From NCBI GenBank assembly GCA_034521595.1, contig JAXHMG010000002.1, positions 1 to 64,000 of the forward strand: a DNA stretch of 64,000 bases, in the 5' to 3' direction. The number at the start of each line of letters is the position of its first letter. Position 1 is the stretch's first letter. Below are positions 1 to 9,710 of this stretch, piece after piece. Origin of the DNA: Gemmatimonadota bacterium. GTDB lineage: Bacteria > Gemmatimonadota > Gemmatimonadetes > Longimicrobiales > Gaopeijiaceae. A model generated the notes under the pieces. The model was not told the DNA's origin and did not search any database. It was given only the letters and a program-made list of their open reading frames with translations. The position numbers and the translations under genes are program-made.

Positions 1-54
1 ATCACGACCTCGAGCGATCCCGGATCGGCCTCTCCGAGGCGCTCGGTACCGGCA

Positions 55-79
55 CATACACACTATAGATGTGTATGCT
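55..79 (+). promoter_or_regulatory. Putative TA operator palindrome plus -10 box (likely leaderless transcript)
   Basis: CATACACA(55-62)-N7-TGTGTATG(70-77) perfect inverted repeat overlapping TATGCT (74-79), 6 nt before the antitoxin ATG; no SD sequence. Confidence 0.6.
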
Positions 80-85
80 TAGCGC

Positions 86-361
86 ATGACCACCCGCATT
101 CACATCGTTCTCGACCCCGAGGACAAGGCGCGTTACCGCGCCCAAGCCGAACGGGAGGGGAAGTCGCTGGCCGCCTGGCTGCGCGAAGCCGCCGAGGATC
201 GGCTCCGAGGCGCACGCGACCGGAAGTCGTTGCGCTCGCGGGAAGCGCTCGAGGCCTTCTTCGACGCGTGTGACGAGGGGGAGACCGAGCGTGAGCCCGA
301 CTGGGACGAGCACCGCGCCCTCATCGAGCGCTCCCGTGTGCGCGGCCTCGATCCGACATGA
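86..361 (+). CDS. Antitoxin, ribbon-helix-helix/CopG-like (VapB-like)
   Basis: 91 aa; N-terminal TRIHIVL strand then GKSLAAWLREAA helix; acidic C-terminus; ATGA overlap with the PIN gene. Confidence 0.75.
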   Translation: MTTRIHIVLDPEDKARYRAQAEREGKSLAAWLREAAEDRLRGARDRKSLRSREALEAFFDACDEGETEREPDWDEHRALIERSRVRGLDPT

Positions 362-741
362 CGTTCGTCGACACGAACGTGTTCATGTACGCCGTGGGAG
401 GACCGCACCCGCTTCGGGCCCCAGCCCGGGCGTTCTTGTTCGACGCAGTGGAACGGAACGAGCCCTTGGTGACCTCGGCGGAGGTGCTGCAGGAGCTGCT
501 GCACGCGTACCTGGCAGTCGGCAGGCAGGCGACCCTGGACGCCGCGCTGACGCTGGTCTCGGGGTGCGTACACGACATCTGGCCGGTGGAAGCGGCGGAC
601 GTACACCTGGCCCGTGCCCTCGAGAGCGAACACCCGGGACTCACCGCCCGGGACCTGGTGCACATCGCGTGTTGTCATCGTCGGAACGTGGGGCGGGTCA
701 TGACCTACGACCGGAGCCTCGCCGCCGCGATGGAGGGGTAG
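358..741 (+). CDS. vapC: PIN-domain toxin (VapC family)
   Basis: FVDTNVF, SAEVLQE, ARDLVH and TYDR acidic PIN motifs; 127 aa. Confidence 0.9.
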   Translation: MTFVDTNVFMYAVGGPHPLRAPARAFLFDAVERNEPLVTSAEVLQELLHAYLAVGRQATLDAALTLVSGCVHDIWPVEAADVHLARALESEHPGLTARDLVHIACCHRRNVGRVMTYDRSLAAAMEG

Positions 742-839
742 GCACCCCGGCCCCGGGCATGGTATCTACCCCATCCCCCACCCTATCATGAGTCCGCCGC
801 ACAGCCTGGAGCTCACACGACCGGGGAGGCAGGAACCGA

Positions 840-1199
840 ATGACCATTCTGGAGCACGTCGTCGACGGGGTCGCGTTCACGATCGGAATCATCGGCCTGA
901 TCATCATCGTGTACGGGATCCTGATCGGCACGATACGAGCGCTGCGGATCGAGGTGCGCGCCCTCCGGGCCACGAGCCTGGAGCGGGACCGCCTGATGCT
1001 ACGACGCGACCTCGGCTACTATCTGCTGCTCGGCCTCGAATTCCTGGTCGCCGCCGACATCATCCACACGATCGTCCAACCCAATATGGACGAGCTCATC
1101 CGGCTTGGTGTCATCGTACTCATCCGGACCGTGTTGAACGTGTCGCTCACCTGGGAGATCGAGCGCAGCGCCACGGCCATCGCGGCAGAAGAATCGTGA
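840..1199 (+). CDS. DUF1622 family membrane protein
   Basis: LLLGLEFLVAADIIHT...IVLIRTVL motif; hydrophobic helices; GGAGG SD. Confidence 0.85.
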   Translation: MTILEHVVDGVAFTIGIIGLIIIVYGILIGTIRALRIEVRALRATSLERDRLMLRRDLGYYLLLGLEFLVAADIIHTIVQPNMDELIRLGVIVLIRTVLNVSLTWEIERSATAIAAEES

Positions 1200-1413
1200 T
1201 GCGGTAGGCCGGGGCCTCAGAGTCCGCGCCGTCCCCCTACCGCCGCACGTCCACGACGACCGTGCTCCTCCGAGGCGGAACTCTCGTCGTGCCGGTGTCG
1301 CGCATGGAATCCAATCGCCCGGAACCACCCCGCCCTGCGGGGGTGCCAGAACCCCCTTCCCTTCGAGCCCCGAGCAGGAGCGAGACCGTGCCGAGCGTCA
1401 TCGTCGAGGCCCA

Positions 1414-2001
1414 ATGAGCACACCGGACGAGCCGCCCCGCGCGTCGGACGTGGAGACCGAGACGGCCCCGGAGACGGACGCGCGAGCGACCGAGCCCGTG
1501 TTCGAAGGGGTCAAGTTCGATGTCGAGCGCCGCCGGGTGCCGACGCGGGACGGGGGCTCGGCCGTGCGCGAGCTCGTGGTGCATCCCGGAGCGGTCGTGG
1601 TGCTCCCGCTCCTCGAGGACGGGCGCATCGTCATGATCCGGAACCACCGATTCGCGGTCGACGAGACGCTCTGGGAGCTGTGCGCGGGCACGCTCGAGCC
1701 CGGGGAGGATCCGGCCCGCACGGCGGCCCGCGAGCTCGTCGAGGAGACGGGCTACGAGGCGGCCCACATCGCACCCCTCACCATGTTCTACACGACGCCG
1801 GGCATCTGCACGGAGCGCATGTACGCGTTCGTGGCCACCGGCCTCGAGGAGGTCGGCCAACAACTCGAGGCGACCGAGCAGATCGAGGTCGAGGTCGTGA
1901 GCCGCGACGACGTCATGGCGATGGCCGCGTCGGGCGAGATCCGCGACGGGAAGACGCTGGCCACGCTCCTCTTCTGGGGAGCGTTCCGGGCGCCGGAATA
2001 G
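1414..2001 (+). CDS. NUDIX hydrolase (ADP-ribose pyrophosphatase-like)
   Basis: HPGAV; Nudix box GTLEPGEDPARTAARELVEETG; IRDGKT. Confidence 0.9.
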   Translation: MSTPDEPPRASDVETETAPETDARATEPVFEGVKFDVERRRVPTRDGGSAVRELVVHPGAVVVLPLLEDGRIVMIRNHRFAVDETLWELCAGTLEPGEDPARTAARELVEETGYEAAHIAPLTMFYTTPGICTERMYAFVATGLEEVGQQLEATEQIEVEVVSRDDVMAMAASGEIRDGKTLATLLFWGAFRAPE

Positions 2002-2011
2002 CCGGACATGA

Positions 2012-2054
2012 AAGTGCCGGCCCGCCCCCTTACCCGCGGGGCGGACCGGCGCTT
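2012..2054. terminator. GC-rich hairpin between convergent genes (possible bidirectional terminator)
   Basis: AAGTGCCGGCCCGCCCC...GGGGCGGACCGGCGCTT imperfect stem between the NUDIX and Kelch stop codons. Confidence 0.5.
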
Positions 2055-2093
2055 CCGAGGCCTAAACAGAACTCGTGATCTAGTATCTGTGCT

Positions 2094-3842
2094 CTAGTAG
2101 AAGATCACCTTGTCGGTCTTCTCGCCGGGGTTGTTCACGTCGTCGCCGCCGAGGACCATTACGTGCGCGACGCCGTCCGCGTCCACGTACGCGATGCCCC
2201 GGGTGTTGAACAGGTTCACCCCGCCGACGGATAGGAGCGTGTTGTCGCCCGTGGCGCCGTTGAAGCCGCCCAGGGTGCCGTCGGAGTTGATCGACGCGAA
2301 GATGTTCTCGGACGAGCCCGTGCCCGCCGCCGCGTAAAGTCCGGAGCTCACGAAGAGGCTGCCTCCGGCCGCGAGCGCGATGTGCTTGCTTCTGGACTTC
2401 TGCATCTCGCTCGCGCTCACGGACCAGCCGTCGTCGAGCAGCCCGCTCCTCAGGTTGATGCGGGAGAAGGCGACGGTGGAGAGCTTCGTCTCGTTGTCCT
2501 GGAAGTTCGGGTCGTCCACGGACACGGCGGCGCTGTCGCCACCCACGGCGTACAGGAACCCGCCGAAGCCGACGAGCTGATGGTGTGCCCTGGCCTCGGG
2601 CAGAGAAGCCAGCTCTTCCCAGTCGCCGAGCTCGCCGAGCGAGTCGATCGCGGCCCGGTAGACCCTCGTGACGGGCTCGTCGTCCGTGGTCGCGCCGCCC
2701 GCGATGTACACGGTGCTGCGGAAGACGACGGCCCCGAACGAATGCAAGGGCATCGGCAACGTACCGGCGGGCTCCGCGGCCTCGGTGCTCCCGTCCTGGT
2801 TCAACGCGATACGGTGGATCGCATCGACCGGCTGGCCACCCTTGTCTTCGACGCCACCCATGACGAAGAGGTATCCGGAGCCGGGAGCCTTCGAGTTGAA
2901 GGGCGTCGCGGCGACCGTCGCGTGGTGCGTGACACCGGAGGCGAGCGAAGCGCCGACCTGCCATGTCCCGACGTGCCCGTCGGACTGGATCACGCTGTAG
3001 TGGAGGTCCGCGCTCGGGACCGAGTCGTTGCCCGTTCCTCCCCCGACGAACACGTGCTCGACCGTCTCACCCGTCGCGTCGTCGATCGGCGCGAACGTGG
3101 CGGAGTGGCCGCTCACGGCGACGGGCAGGGCTTCGCTTTCCGTCCATTCGATCGCGGACGGGCTGAACGTCGCCCCACTGGACAAGGTGAAGGGCAAGGA
3201 CTCGCTCTCGCCGGTCCCGGTCTCGACGAGCACCGGGCCGGATTCGGCGTCCGCGGGCACCGTGGTCAGGATGAAGCTGTCCGTCCAGTCGTCGGCCGAA
3301 GCGATATCGGCCTCGACCGTTCCGTCGGCGCCGTCGGAGAAGAGCACACGGCCCGGGCCCTGTGCGTCGCCGAACGCGGCGCCTTCGAGGATCACGGTGC
3401 TGCCGGAGCTACCCGAAGGCTTGGTCGCCCCGTTCACGAAGCTCAGCGTCGGCGCCACGGCCGTGAACGCCTCGGCGAGCGTGACGGTGGTTCCGTCGGC
3501 GTTCGTCACGGTAATGTCGTATACGGCATCCGCGGTGACGCCCGCGGGCACCGTGGCGAAGATCTCGGAGCCGCTCGTGACGTCGATGCCGGTGGCGTCG
3601 AACGTCCCGATCTGAACGGCCGCGCCGTCCCGGAAGTCCGTCCCCGAGATGCGCAGGTCGGTGCCGACCGTGCCGCTGGTCGGCTCGATGGAGGCGACGG
3701 TCGGAGCCGGGCCCTGGCTATCCTCCTGGTTGTCCTCCGGCGCGGTCGGCTCGTCGCCGCAAGCCGCGGCGAACAGCCCGAAGCCCAAGACGCCCATCAG
3801 CCGTACGGCGTTCGTGCGATTCGTCCAACGTGTCATGATCAT
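2094..3842 (-). CDS. Lipoprotein with IPT/TIG domains and Kelch beta-propeller
   Basis: Lipobox FAAAC; APTVASIEPTSGTVGT..I.G..F TIG motif twice; Kelch motifs (VYIAGG, LYAVGG, LPEARAHH). Confidence 0.8.
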   Translation of the reverse strand: MIMTRWTNRTNAVRLMGVLGFGLFAAACGDEPTAPEDNQEDSQGPAPTVASIEPTSGTVGTDLRISGTDFRDGAAVQIGTFDATGIDVTSGSEIFATVPAGVTADAVYDITVTNADGTTVTLAEAFTAVAPTLSFVNGATKPSGSSGSTVILEGAAFGDAQGPGRVLFSDGADGTVEADIASADDWTDSFILTTVPADAESGPVLVETGTGESESLPFTLSSGATFSPSAIEWTESEALPVAVSGHSATFAPIDDATGETVEHVFVGGGTGNDSVPSADLHYSVIQSDGHVGTWQVGASLASGVTHHATVAATPFNSKAPGSGYLFVMGGVEDKGGQPVDAIHRIALNQDGSTEAAEPAGTLPMPLHSFGAVVFRSTVYIAGGATTDDEPVTRVYRAAIDSLGELGDWEELASLPEARAHHQLVGFGGFLYAVGGDSAAVSVDDPNFQDNETKLSTVAFSRINLRSGLLDDGWSVSASEMQKSRSKHIALAAGGSLFVSSGLYAAAGTGSSENIFASINSDGTLGGFNGATGDNTLLSVGGVNLFNTRGIAYVDADGVAHVMVLGGDDVNNPGEKTDKVIFY

Positions 3843-3917
3843 GGATCCTTTCGTCTGGGATATAGACGCGGACCGCGACCCGAAGCCCTTCGCGTCGCGG
3901 CCCGCGGTCGAACGGAA

Positions 3918-4628
3918 TCAGGAGCCGCCGGGACCGGGTCGTCCGGACGGGCCCGCGGGTACGGAGGCGCCGCCGGCCGGCGGTCCCGCGGGAACGGGCA
4001 CGCTGATGCCCGCGACGGGAACCTGGAAGCCCGCGAAGCCGCTCGCGAGCGCGGGGCCGGTCTGGTCCGGGCGCATGGCGTGCCCGAGCTCGCGACCGAC
4101 CTCGGGGAAGTCCCCGAGCAATCCGGCATCGCCGGCCCCCGCCGTGAGGCGGCCCTGCACGGCGGTGAGCGCCCGGTCCGAGGGAAGCCCTCGCTCGGTG
4201 AGACCACCGATCACGAGCAGCGGGACCGAGAGCGACCGACCGGACGGCTGGGATCGGGCGAGCGCGCTGACGACGTCCCCGTCGACCCCCATGCGCATGG
4301 CTGCGGCCGCGGCTTCGATCTCTCCGTCGCCGGTCACGCGTCCGGACTCCCGCAGCGCGTCTCTCGCCCGACCCAGATCGCCCACGAGCAGCTCGACGGC
4401 GGAGAGGACTTCCTCGCCGCTCCGGCCCTTGGTGATGCCCTCGAGAGCCGCATGGGCGAGTGCGTCCGACGGGAGTCCCTGGGCGGGTGCGGCCTCGATG
4501 CGGGCCATGACGTCGGCCGCGACCTCCTCCGGCAGCCCCTCGAGGAGACGTTCCGCGGGATCCTGTTGCGCCAGCGCTGAGAGCGGCATCAGAAGCGCGG
4601 CTACGAGTGAAAAAGCAGTGGTTTTCAT
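3918..4628 (-). CDS. Hypothetical secreted helical protein with Pro/Gly tail
   Basis: Sec signal MKTTAFSLVAALLMPLSALA; GC3-biased ORF co-oriented with the Kelch gene. Confidence 0.7.
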   Translation of the reverse strand: MKTTAFSLVAALLMPLSALAQQDPAERLLEGLPEEVAADVMARIEAAPAQGLPSDALAHAALEGITKGRSGEEVLSAVELLVGDLGRARDALRESGRVTGDGEIEAAAAAMRMGVDGDVVSALARSQPSGRSLSVPLLVIGGLTERGLPSDRALTAVQGRLTAGAGDAGLLGDFPEVGRELGHAMRPDQTGPALASGFAGFQVPVAGISVPVPAGPPAGGASVPAGPSGRPGPGGS

Positions 4629-4891
4629 GATTCGTCTCCGAAAGGCGAGCTGGAGTTCCGTGCATCCGACCTCGTGCCGAGGCTCTCTGTATCCACTCGG
4701 CGCGCCGGCGTTTGGTCACAGGACGCTTCCGCTTGCACCTTCGAGGAGCCTCGTCGGCGACGCCCTTGAAACGCACGGAAACCCGTGGTAGGTCTGACCG
4801 GGCTCCGGACGCTGCATCCCTGCGCAGCGCTCGATCACCACCACATGATCTGGAGGGACGGAATGAACGAGACGACAGCCGCGCCCACGCC

Positions 4892-5713
4892 ATGAGCGAG
4901 TGGTTCCGGTCGCTCGGACCGGTGAGCCAGGCGACCCTGGCCGGTCTCTTCACCTGGGGCATGACGGCCCTGGGGGCCGCCATCTGTTTCGTGGTCCGGA
5001 AGGTGAACCAGCCGCTGCTCAGCTCGATGATGGGGTTCGCGGCGGGGGTGATGATCGCGGCGAGCTTCTGGTCGCTCCTCGTTCCGGCGATCGAGATGAC
5101 CCGTGTGCAAGGCGATCTGCCCGCCTGGCTTCCGGCGGCGGTGGGCCTCGCGGTGGGCGGGGTCTTCCTCCGTCTCGCCGACCGGTTCGTGCCGCACCTC
5201 CACCCCGATCTCCCGATGGCTTCGGCCGAGGGCCCGTCCACGGACATGCGGCGCTCCACGCTCCTGGTGCTGGCCATCACGCTCCACAACATCCCCGAAG
5301 GGCTCGCGGTGGGCGTGGTGTTCGGAGGCGCGGCGTCCGTCGTCGGTGGAGAGGTCGCCCAGCTCGAGGCCGCGATCGCGCTCGCGCTCGGGATCGGGCT
5401 TCAGAACTTTCCGGAAGGCGTAGCGGTGTCGATGCCCCTCCGGGGCGCCGGGCTCTCGCGGGGACGCTCCTTCTGGTACGGTCAGATTTCCGGCGTCGTG
5501 GAGCCCATCTCGGCGGTGCTCGGCGCCGCGGCCGTGCTGCTGGTCGAGCCGATCCTTCCCTACGCGCTCGGGTTCGCGGCCGGGGCCATGCTCTACGTGG
5601 TGATCGAAGAGCTCATCCCGGGCGCGCAGCGCGAGGGGACCACGGATCTGGCGACGGTCAGCGCGCTGGGCGGCTTCATCGTCATGATGATCCTGGACGT
5701 GGCGTTGGGGTGA
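4892..5713 (+). CDS. ZIP family metal transporter (GufA/ZupT-like)
   Basis: GFAAGVM, HNIPEG, QNFPEG motifs; start moved to MSEWF. Confidence 0.9.
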   Translation: MSEWFRSLGPVSQATLAGLFTWGMTALGAAICFVVRKVNQPLLSSMMGFAAGVMIAASFWSLLVPAIEMTRVQGDLPAWLPAAVGLAVGGVFLRLADRFVPHLHPDLPMASAEGPSTDMRRSTLLVLAITLHNIPEGLAVGVVFGGAASVVGGEVAQLEAAIALALGIGLQNFPEGVAVSMPLRGAGLSRGRSFWYGQISGVVEPISAVLGAAAVLLVEPILPYALGFAAGAMLYVVIEELIPGAQREGTTDLATVSALGGFIVMMILDVALG

Positions 5714-5802
5714 GGAACTGGAGGTTCTTGCGGTAAGCACCGCATGCGCCACACAGTGCTTCTCTAGCCGATAGTCGGCCACCCTCACCCGAAGGAGATC
5801 CC

Positions 5803-7200
5803 ATGACGACGCCCGCCGCTTCCGTCGACTTCGTTGACCACATCCGCGACCGGGTCCGGGGGCCGGTGGTCGGGCCCTCGGACGACGGATACGAGGAGGC
5901 GCGCAGCTCGTACAACGCGATGCACGACCGCAAGCCGCTGGCGGTGGCGCGGTGCGTCGACGATGCGGACGTCATGGCTGTCGTCGGGGTCGCCCGGGAG
6001 GCCGGCGTACCCCTGGCGGTGCGGGGCGGCAACCACAGCGTGCCGGGGTTCGGGACCTGTGACGACGGTATCGTGCTCGATCTCTCGGGCATTCGGTACG
6101 TGCGCGTGGACCCCAAGGCCCGAACCGCGCGTGTCGGCGGGGGTGCCCTACTCGGAGACCTCGACCACGCCTCGCACGCCTTCGGGCTCGCCACGCCCGC
6201 GGGCTTCATCTCCACGACCGGGGTGGGTGGGCTGACGCTCGGCGGCGGAATCGGGGCCTATCTGTCCCGCCGCTACGGGCTCACTTGCGACAACCTCCTC
6301 TCTGCAGACGTCGTCACGGCCGACGGGCAGCTCGTTCACGCAAGCGCGGACGAGAACGCCGATCTGTTCTGGGCGCTCCGGGGCGGCGGGGGCAACTTCG
6401 GTGTCGTGACCTCGCTCGAGCTCGCGCTCCATCCGGTGAAGGAGATCGTCGGCGGCCCGATCTTCTTCGAGCTCGAGGCCGCCGGGGACGTGCTGCGCTT
6501 CTACCGCGACTACATCCGCCGCGCGCCGCGTGAGCTCGGAGGGTTCTTCGCGTTCCAGATCGCGCCGCCGCTGCCGTTCATCCCGGAGGAGCGTCAGGGC
6601 GACACCCTCTGTCTCGTGGTCACCTCATGGGCGGGCTCGCCGGAAGACGCCGACGACGTCCTCGAGCCCATCCGCTCCGCCGGACCGGTCGTGGCCGAAC
6701 ACGTCGGTGCGATGCCGTACCCGGCCCTGCAGAGCGCCTTCGACGATCTCGTTCCGCCCGGCATCCGGCACTACTGGAAGTCCGACTTCGTGAGAGCGCT
6801 GACTGACGAGAGCATCGCCGTGCACCTCGAGCACGGACCCCGCGTGCCGAGCGTCACCTCCACGATGCACATCTACCCGACCGACGGAGCGGTTCAGGAC
6901 GTGGCCCCGGAGGATACCGCGTTCGGCCATCGCGACGCCGACTTCTCGGTCAACATCGCCGGCATGTGGCCCGACGCCGCGGACGACGCGCGACACATCG
7001 AATGGGTCCGCGACTACTACGCCGCGATCCACCCGCACTCGGGCTACGACGGCGGCTACACCAACTTCATGGCCGCAGAGGACCAGGAGCGGGTTCGCGC
7101 CAACTACGGAGACGCGTACCCGCGGCTCGAGCGCATCAAGAAGGAGTGGGACCCCGACAACCTCTTCCGGCTGAACCAGAACATCGCGCCGGGGGGGTGA
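5803..7200 (+). CDS. FAD-binding oxidoreductase (BBE/VAO family)
   Basis: VRGGNHS, GGLTLGGG, WALRGGGGNFGVVT, KKEWDPDNLFRLNQNI. Confidence 0.92.
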   Translation: MTTPAASVDFVDHIRDRVRGPVVGPSDDGYEEARSSYNAMHDRKPLAVARCVDDADVMAVVGVAREAGVPLAVRGGNHSVPGFGTCDDGIVLDLSGIRYVRVDPKARTARVGGGALLGDLDHASHAFGLATPAGFISTTGVGGLTLGGGIGAYLSRRYGLTCDNLLSADVVTADGQLVHASADENADLFWALRGGGGNFGVVTSLELALHPVKEIVGGPIFFELEAAGDVLRFYRDYIRRAPRELGGFFAFQIAPPLPFIPEERQGDTLCLVVTSWAGSPEDADDVLEPIRSAGPVVAEHVGAMPYPALQSAFDDLVPPGIRHYWKSDFVRALTDESIAVHLEHGPRVPSVTSTMHIYPTDGAVQDVAPEDTAFGHRDADFSVNIAGMWPDAADDARHIEWVRDYYAAIHPHSGYDGGYTNFMAAEDQERVRANYGDAYPRLERIKKEWDPDNLFRLNQNIAPGG

Positions 7201-7313
7201 CCGGGGCCGCGTGTCGCGGCCGACCGCGTCCTGCCCCGTCACGATGTCGATCCCCGGATCGTCCTATGCTCGTACGCGTACCCAGGAGCGCTCACCTCGA
7301 CGAGTGGATCCTG

Positions 7314-7556
7314 ATGCCCTTTTCCGGTTCTTCCCACTTCCTGCTCCCGCTCGCCGCTCTTCTCGCAGCGAGCGCCTGCGACGCCCTCGGCCCCGAACGG
7401 AGGGAGCTCGAGCGCGACGCGCACTCGATCTCGGCCACCTACGACCCCGAGACCGGCGTGCCGATCGACTTCTTCATCGACTACGAGGAGAACGTCGACG
7501 ACGAAGAGTTGGGGATGCGCGTGACCGAGCCCGTGACCACCTTGAATGGTGCGTGA
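7314..7556 (+). pseudogene. Short lipoprotein, probably an internally deleted DUF6174-like gene
   Basis: Lipobox LAASAC then ERRELER joined directly to a C-terminal ATYDPETGVPIDFFIDYEENVDDEE motif; 80 aa. Confidence 0.45.
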
Positions 7557-7601
7557 AGGGCGCGGCTTCCGAGCCTCGACCGGAACCCGCGCGCTTCTCC
7601 G

Positions 7602-8990
7602 GTGGTTTCTTGTTCCATACGCACGTCCCCTACGACCGGGAGCCAATACGTGGACCGCCCCTCGGACCGTTCCACCCCCTCTTCTGATCTCGACCCCTCC
7701 ACCACCCCATCGCCGAAGGGTGCCGGCACTCTTCTGGACCGGTACCGAAACGTCCGTCAGCGGAGCCGCTACCTCACCCGCAGCCTCGCGCCCGAGGACC
7801 ACGTGGTGCAGTCCATGACGGACGTGAGCCCCACCAAGTGGCATCTGGCCCACACGTCCTGGTTCTTCGAGACGTTCCTGCTCGAGCCCCACCAGGAGGG
7901 GTACACCCTCCACGACCCCGACTACCCGTACCTGTTCAACTCGTACTACGTGCAGGCCGGCGAGCGGCACTGCCGGGATCAGCGAGGCTATGTGTCCCGG
8001 CCCACCGTAAAGGAGGTCTGGACGTACCGCGAAGCGGTCGACGAAGCCATGGAGCGCTTGCTGGAAGGGGAGCTCACGCCGGAGGTGCGGGATCTGGTCG
8101 AGCTGGGCCTCAACCACGAGCAGCAGCACCAGGAGCTCATGCTGACCGACATCAAGCACGTCTTCAGCGTGAACCCGCTGCGACCGGCGTATCTCGAGCT
8201 CGACCCGGCCGCGTCCGACGCGGGAGCGCCGTCCGCGAGCGAAGCGCGGCCCCTCGCGTGGACGACGTTCCCCGAAGGCCTCCGGGAAGTGGGGTGGCAC
8301 GGCGACGGCTTCTGCTACGACAACGAGACTCCGAGGCATCGCCGCTTCCTCGAGCCGTTCGCGCTGGGCGACCGGCTCGTCACGAACGCCGAATACCTGG
8401 AGTTCATGGAGGACGGGGGCTACGAGCGCCCGGAGCTCTGGATGTCCGAAGGCTGGGCCGCGGTCGAGGAACGGGGCTGGAGCGCGCCCTTCTACTGGGA
8501 GTGGCGGGACGGCGCGTGGTGGGCGTTCACCCTCCGGGGCATGGTCCCCCTCGCCCCCGACGAGCCCGTCTGCCACGTGAACTGGTACGAGGCCGACGCC
8601 TACGCGCGCTGGGCCGGTGCACGCCTGCCGAGGGAGGACGAATGGGAGGTCGCGGCCCGGCAGAGCCCGGTCGACGGCAACTTCGTCCACTCCGGCCGGT
8701 TCCACCCGGGGCCGGCTCCGGCTAGGAGCACGGACGGGACGCCGCGACCCACCCAGATGTTCGGCGACGTCTGGGAATGGACCGGGAGCGCCTACAGGCC
8801 GTATCCCGGCTACCGGCCCCCGACGGGCGCGGTGGGCGAGTACAACGGGAAGTTCATGGTGAACCAGTTCGTGCTCCGGGGCGGATCGTGCGCCACGTCC
8901 CACAGCCACATCCGCTACAGCTACCGCAACTTCTTCCCTCCCGACGCCTCGTGGCAGTTCACGGGCATCCGGCTGGCGAGGGACCTGTGA
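7602..8990 (+). CDS. egtB: Ergothioneine biosynthesis sulfoxide synthase EgtB (start uncertain)
   Basis: SPTKWHLAHTSWFFE, NHEQQHQE iron motif, FGE-like GDVWEWT, GEYNGKFM, RGGSCAT, RNFF. Confidence 0.9.
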   Translation: MVSCSIRTSPTTGSQYVDRPSDRSTPSSDLDPSTTPSPKGAGTLLDRYRNVRQRSRYLTRSLAPEDHVVQSMTDVSPTKWHLAHTSWFFETFLLEPHQEGYTLHDPDYPYLFNSYYVQAGERHCRDQRGYVSRPTVKEVWTYREAVDEAMERLLEGELTPEVRDLVELGLNHEQQHQELMLTDIKHVFSVNPLRPAYLELDPAASDAGAPSASEARPLAWTTFPEGLREVGWHGDGFCYDNETPRHRRFLEPFALGDRLVTNAEYLEFMEDGGYERPELWMSEGWAAVEERGWSAPFYWEWRDGAWWAFTLRGMVPLAPDEPVCHVNWYEADAYARWAGARLPREDEWEVAARQSPVDGNFVHSGRFHPGPAPARSTDGTPRPTQMFGDVWEWTGSAYRPYPGYRPPTGAVGEYNGKFMVNQFVLRGGSCATSHSHIRYSYRNFFPPDASWQFTGIRLARDL

Positions 8991-9004
8991 GGAGGCGCGG
9001 AAGG

Positions 9005-9586
9005 ATGCCGAGCGCGACCGCCGGGCCGGGGCTCGCCGGCACGATGGTGGCCGCAGGGTTGACCGTCCTATTGGCGGCCTGCGGGCCGGGCGACCCACCG
9101 GAATCCGGGACCACGGAGGCCGCCCGGGCGGAGGCGGCGACCCTCCCGGCCGCCTACCGGCCCTCCGCCTCGGAGCGGCAAGCCATCCTGGCTCCGCTCC
9201 AGACCCTGTTCGACGCCCTCGAAGCCGGTGACGGCGAGATGCTCCGCTCGGTCGTCGCTCCGGGCACGCCCCTGTCGTTCGCCGAGAGCACGGACGGCGA
9301 GAGCGAGGTCCGGACCACGACGCTCGATGACCTAGCCGACAACGTGGCTTCGAGCCCGGTCACGCTCGTCGAGCGCATGTGGGACCCGGTCGTGCTGGTG
9401 CACGGGCCCCTGGCCCAGGTCTGGACGCCCTACGACTTCTACCGGGGCGACGAGCTGAGCCACTGCGGCATCGACGCGGCCACGCTGCTCCGCGACGAGG
9501 ACGGCTGGACGATCGTGGGCCTGTCCTGGACGCGCGACCAGCCGCCGCAATGTGCGTTGCATCCGGAAGGGCCGCCGGCGCAGTAG
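9005..9586 (+). CDS. NTF2/SnoaL-like lipoprotein
   Basis: Lipobox LLAAC; ERMWDP..V.G.LAQVWTPYDFY....SHCGID motif. Confidence 0.75.
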   Translation: MPSATAGPGLAGTMVAAGLTVLLAACGPGDPPESGTTEAARAEAATLPAAYRPSASERQAILAPLQTLFDALEAGDGEMLRSVVAPGTPLSFAESTDGESEVRTTTLDDLADNVASSPVTLVERMWDPVVLVHGPLAQVWTPYDFYRGDELSHCGIDAATLLRDEDGWTIVGLSWTRDQPPQCALHPEGPPAQ

Positions 9587-9616
9587 GCCGGCCGACCCGC
9601 AACCGGCCCAAAGAAT

Positions 9617-9667
9617 ACGCTGCTCCGCGGGAAGCGCAGCCAGGAAGGCGCTCGCGGCCTCGGCCAT
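9617..9667 (-). pseudogene. Fragment resembling the N-terminus of DUF3500 proteins
   Basis: Intergenic frame reads MAEAASAFLAALPAEQR, then degenerates. Confidence 0.35.
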
Positions 9668-9710
9668 CCGTGCTACGTCGCGCGCGGATTCCGGCGGGGC
9701 CCGGCTCCGC

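Noticed and set aside
788-839. MSPPHSLELTRP resembling a dihydroorotase N-terminus
   Set aside because: Too short, and the DDWHxH motif is absent
2382-4580. Long antisense or off-frame ORFs (also 10779-12539, 14352-16511, 29119-31566, 36588-39380, 50638-53286)
   Set aside because: Shadow ORFs of high-GC genes; Arg/Pro/Gly-rich, no motifs, and they overlap well-supported CDSs
7602-8990. Selenoneine (SenA) or ovothiol (OvoA) assignment
   Set aside because: No senB/senC neighbours and no C-terminal methyltransferase domain
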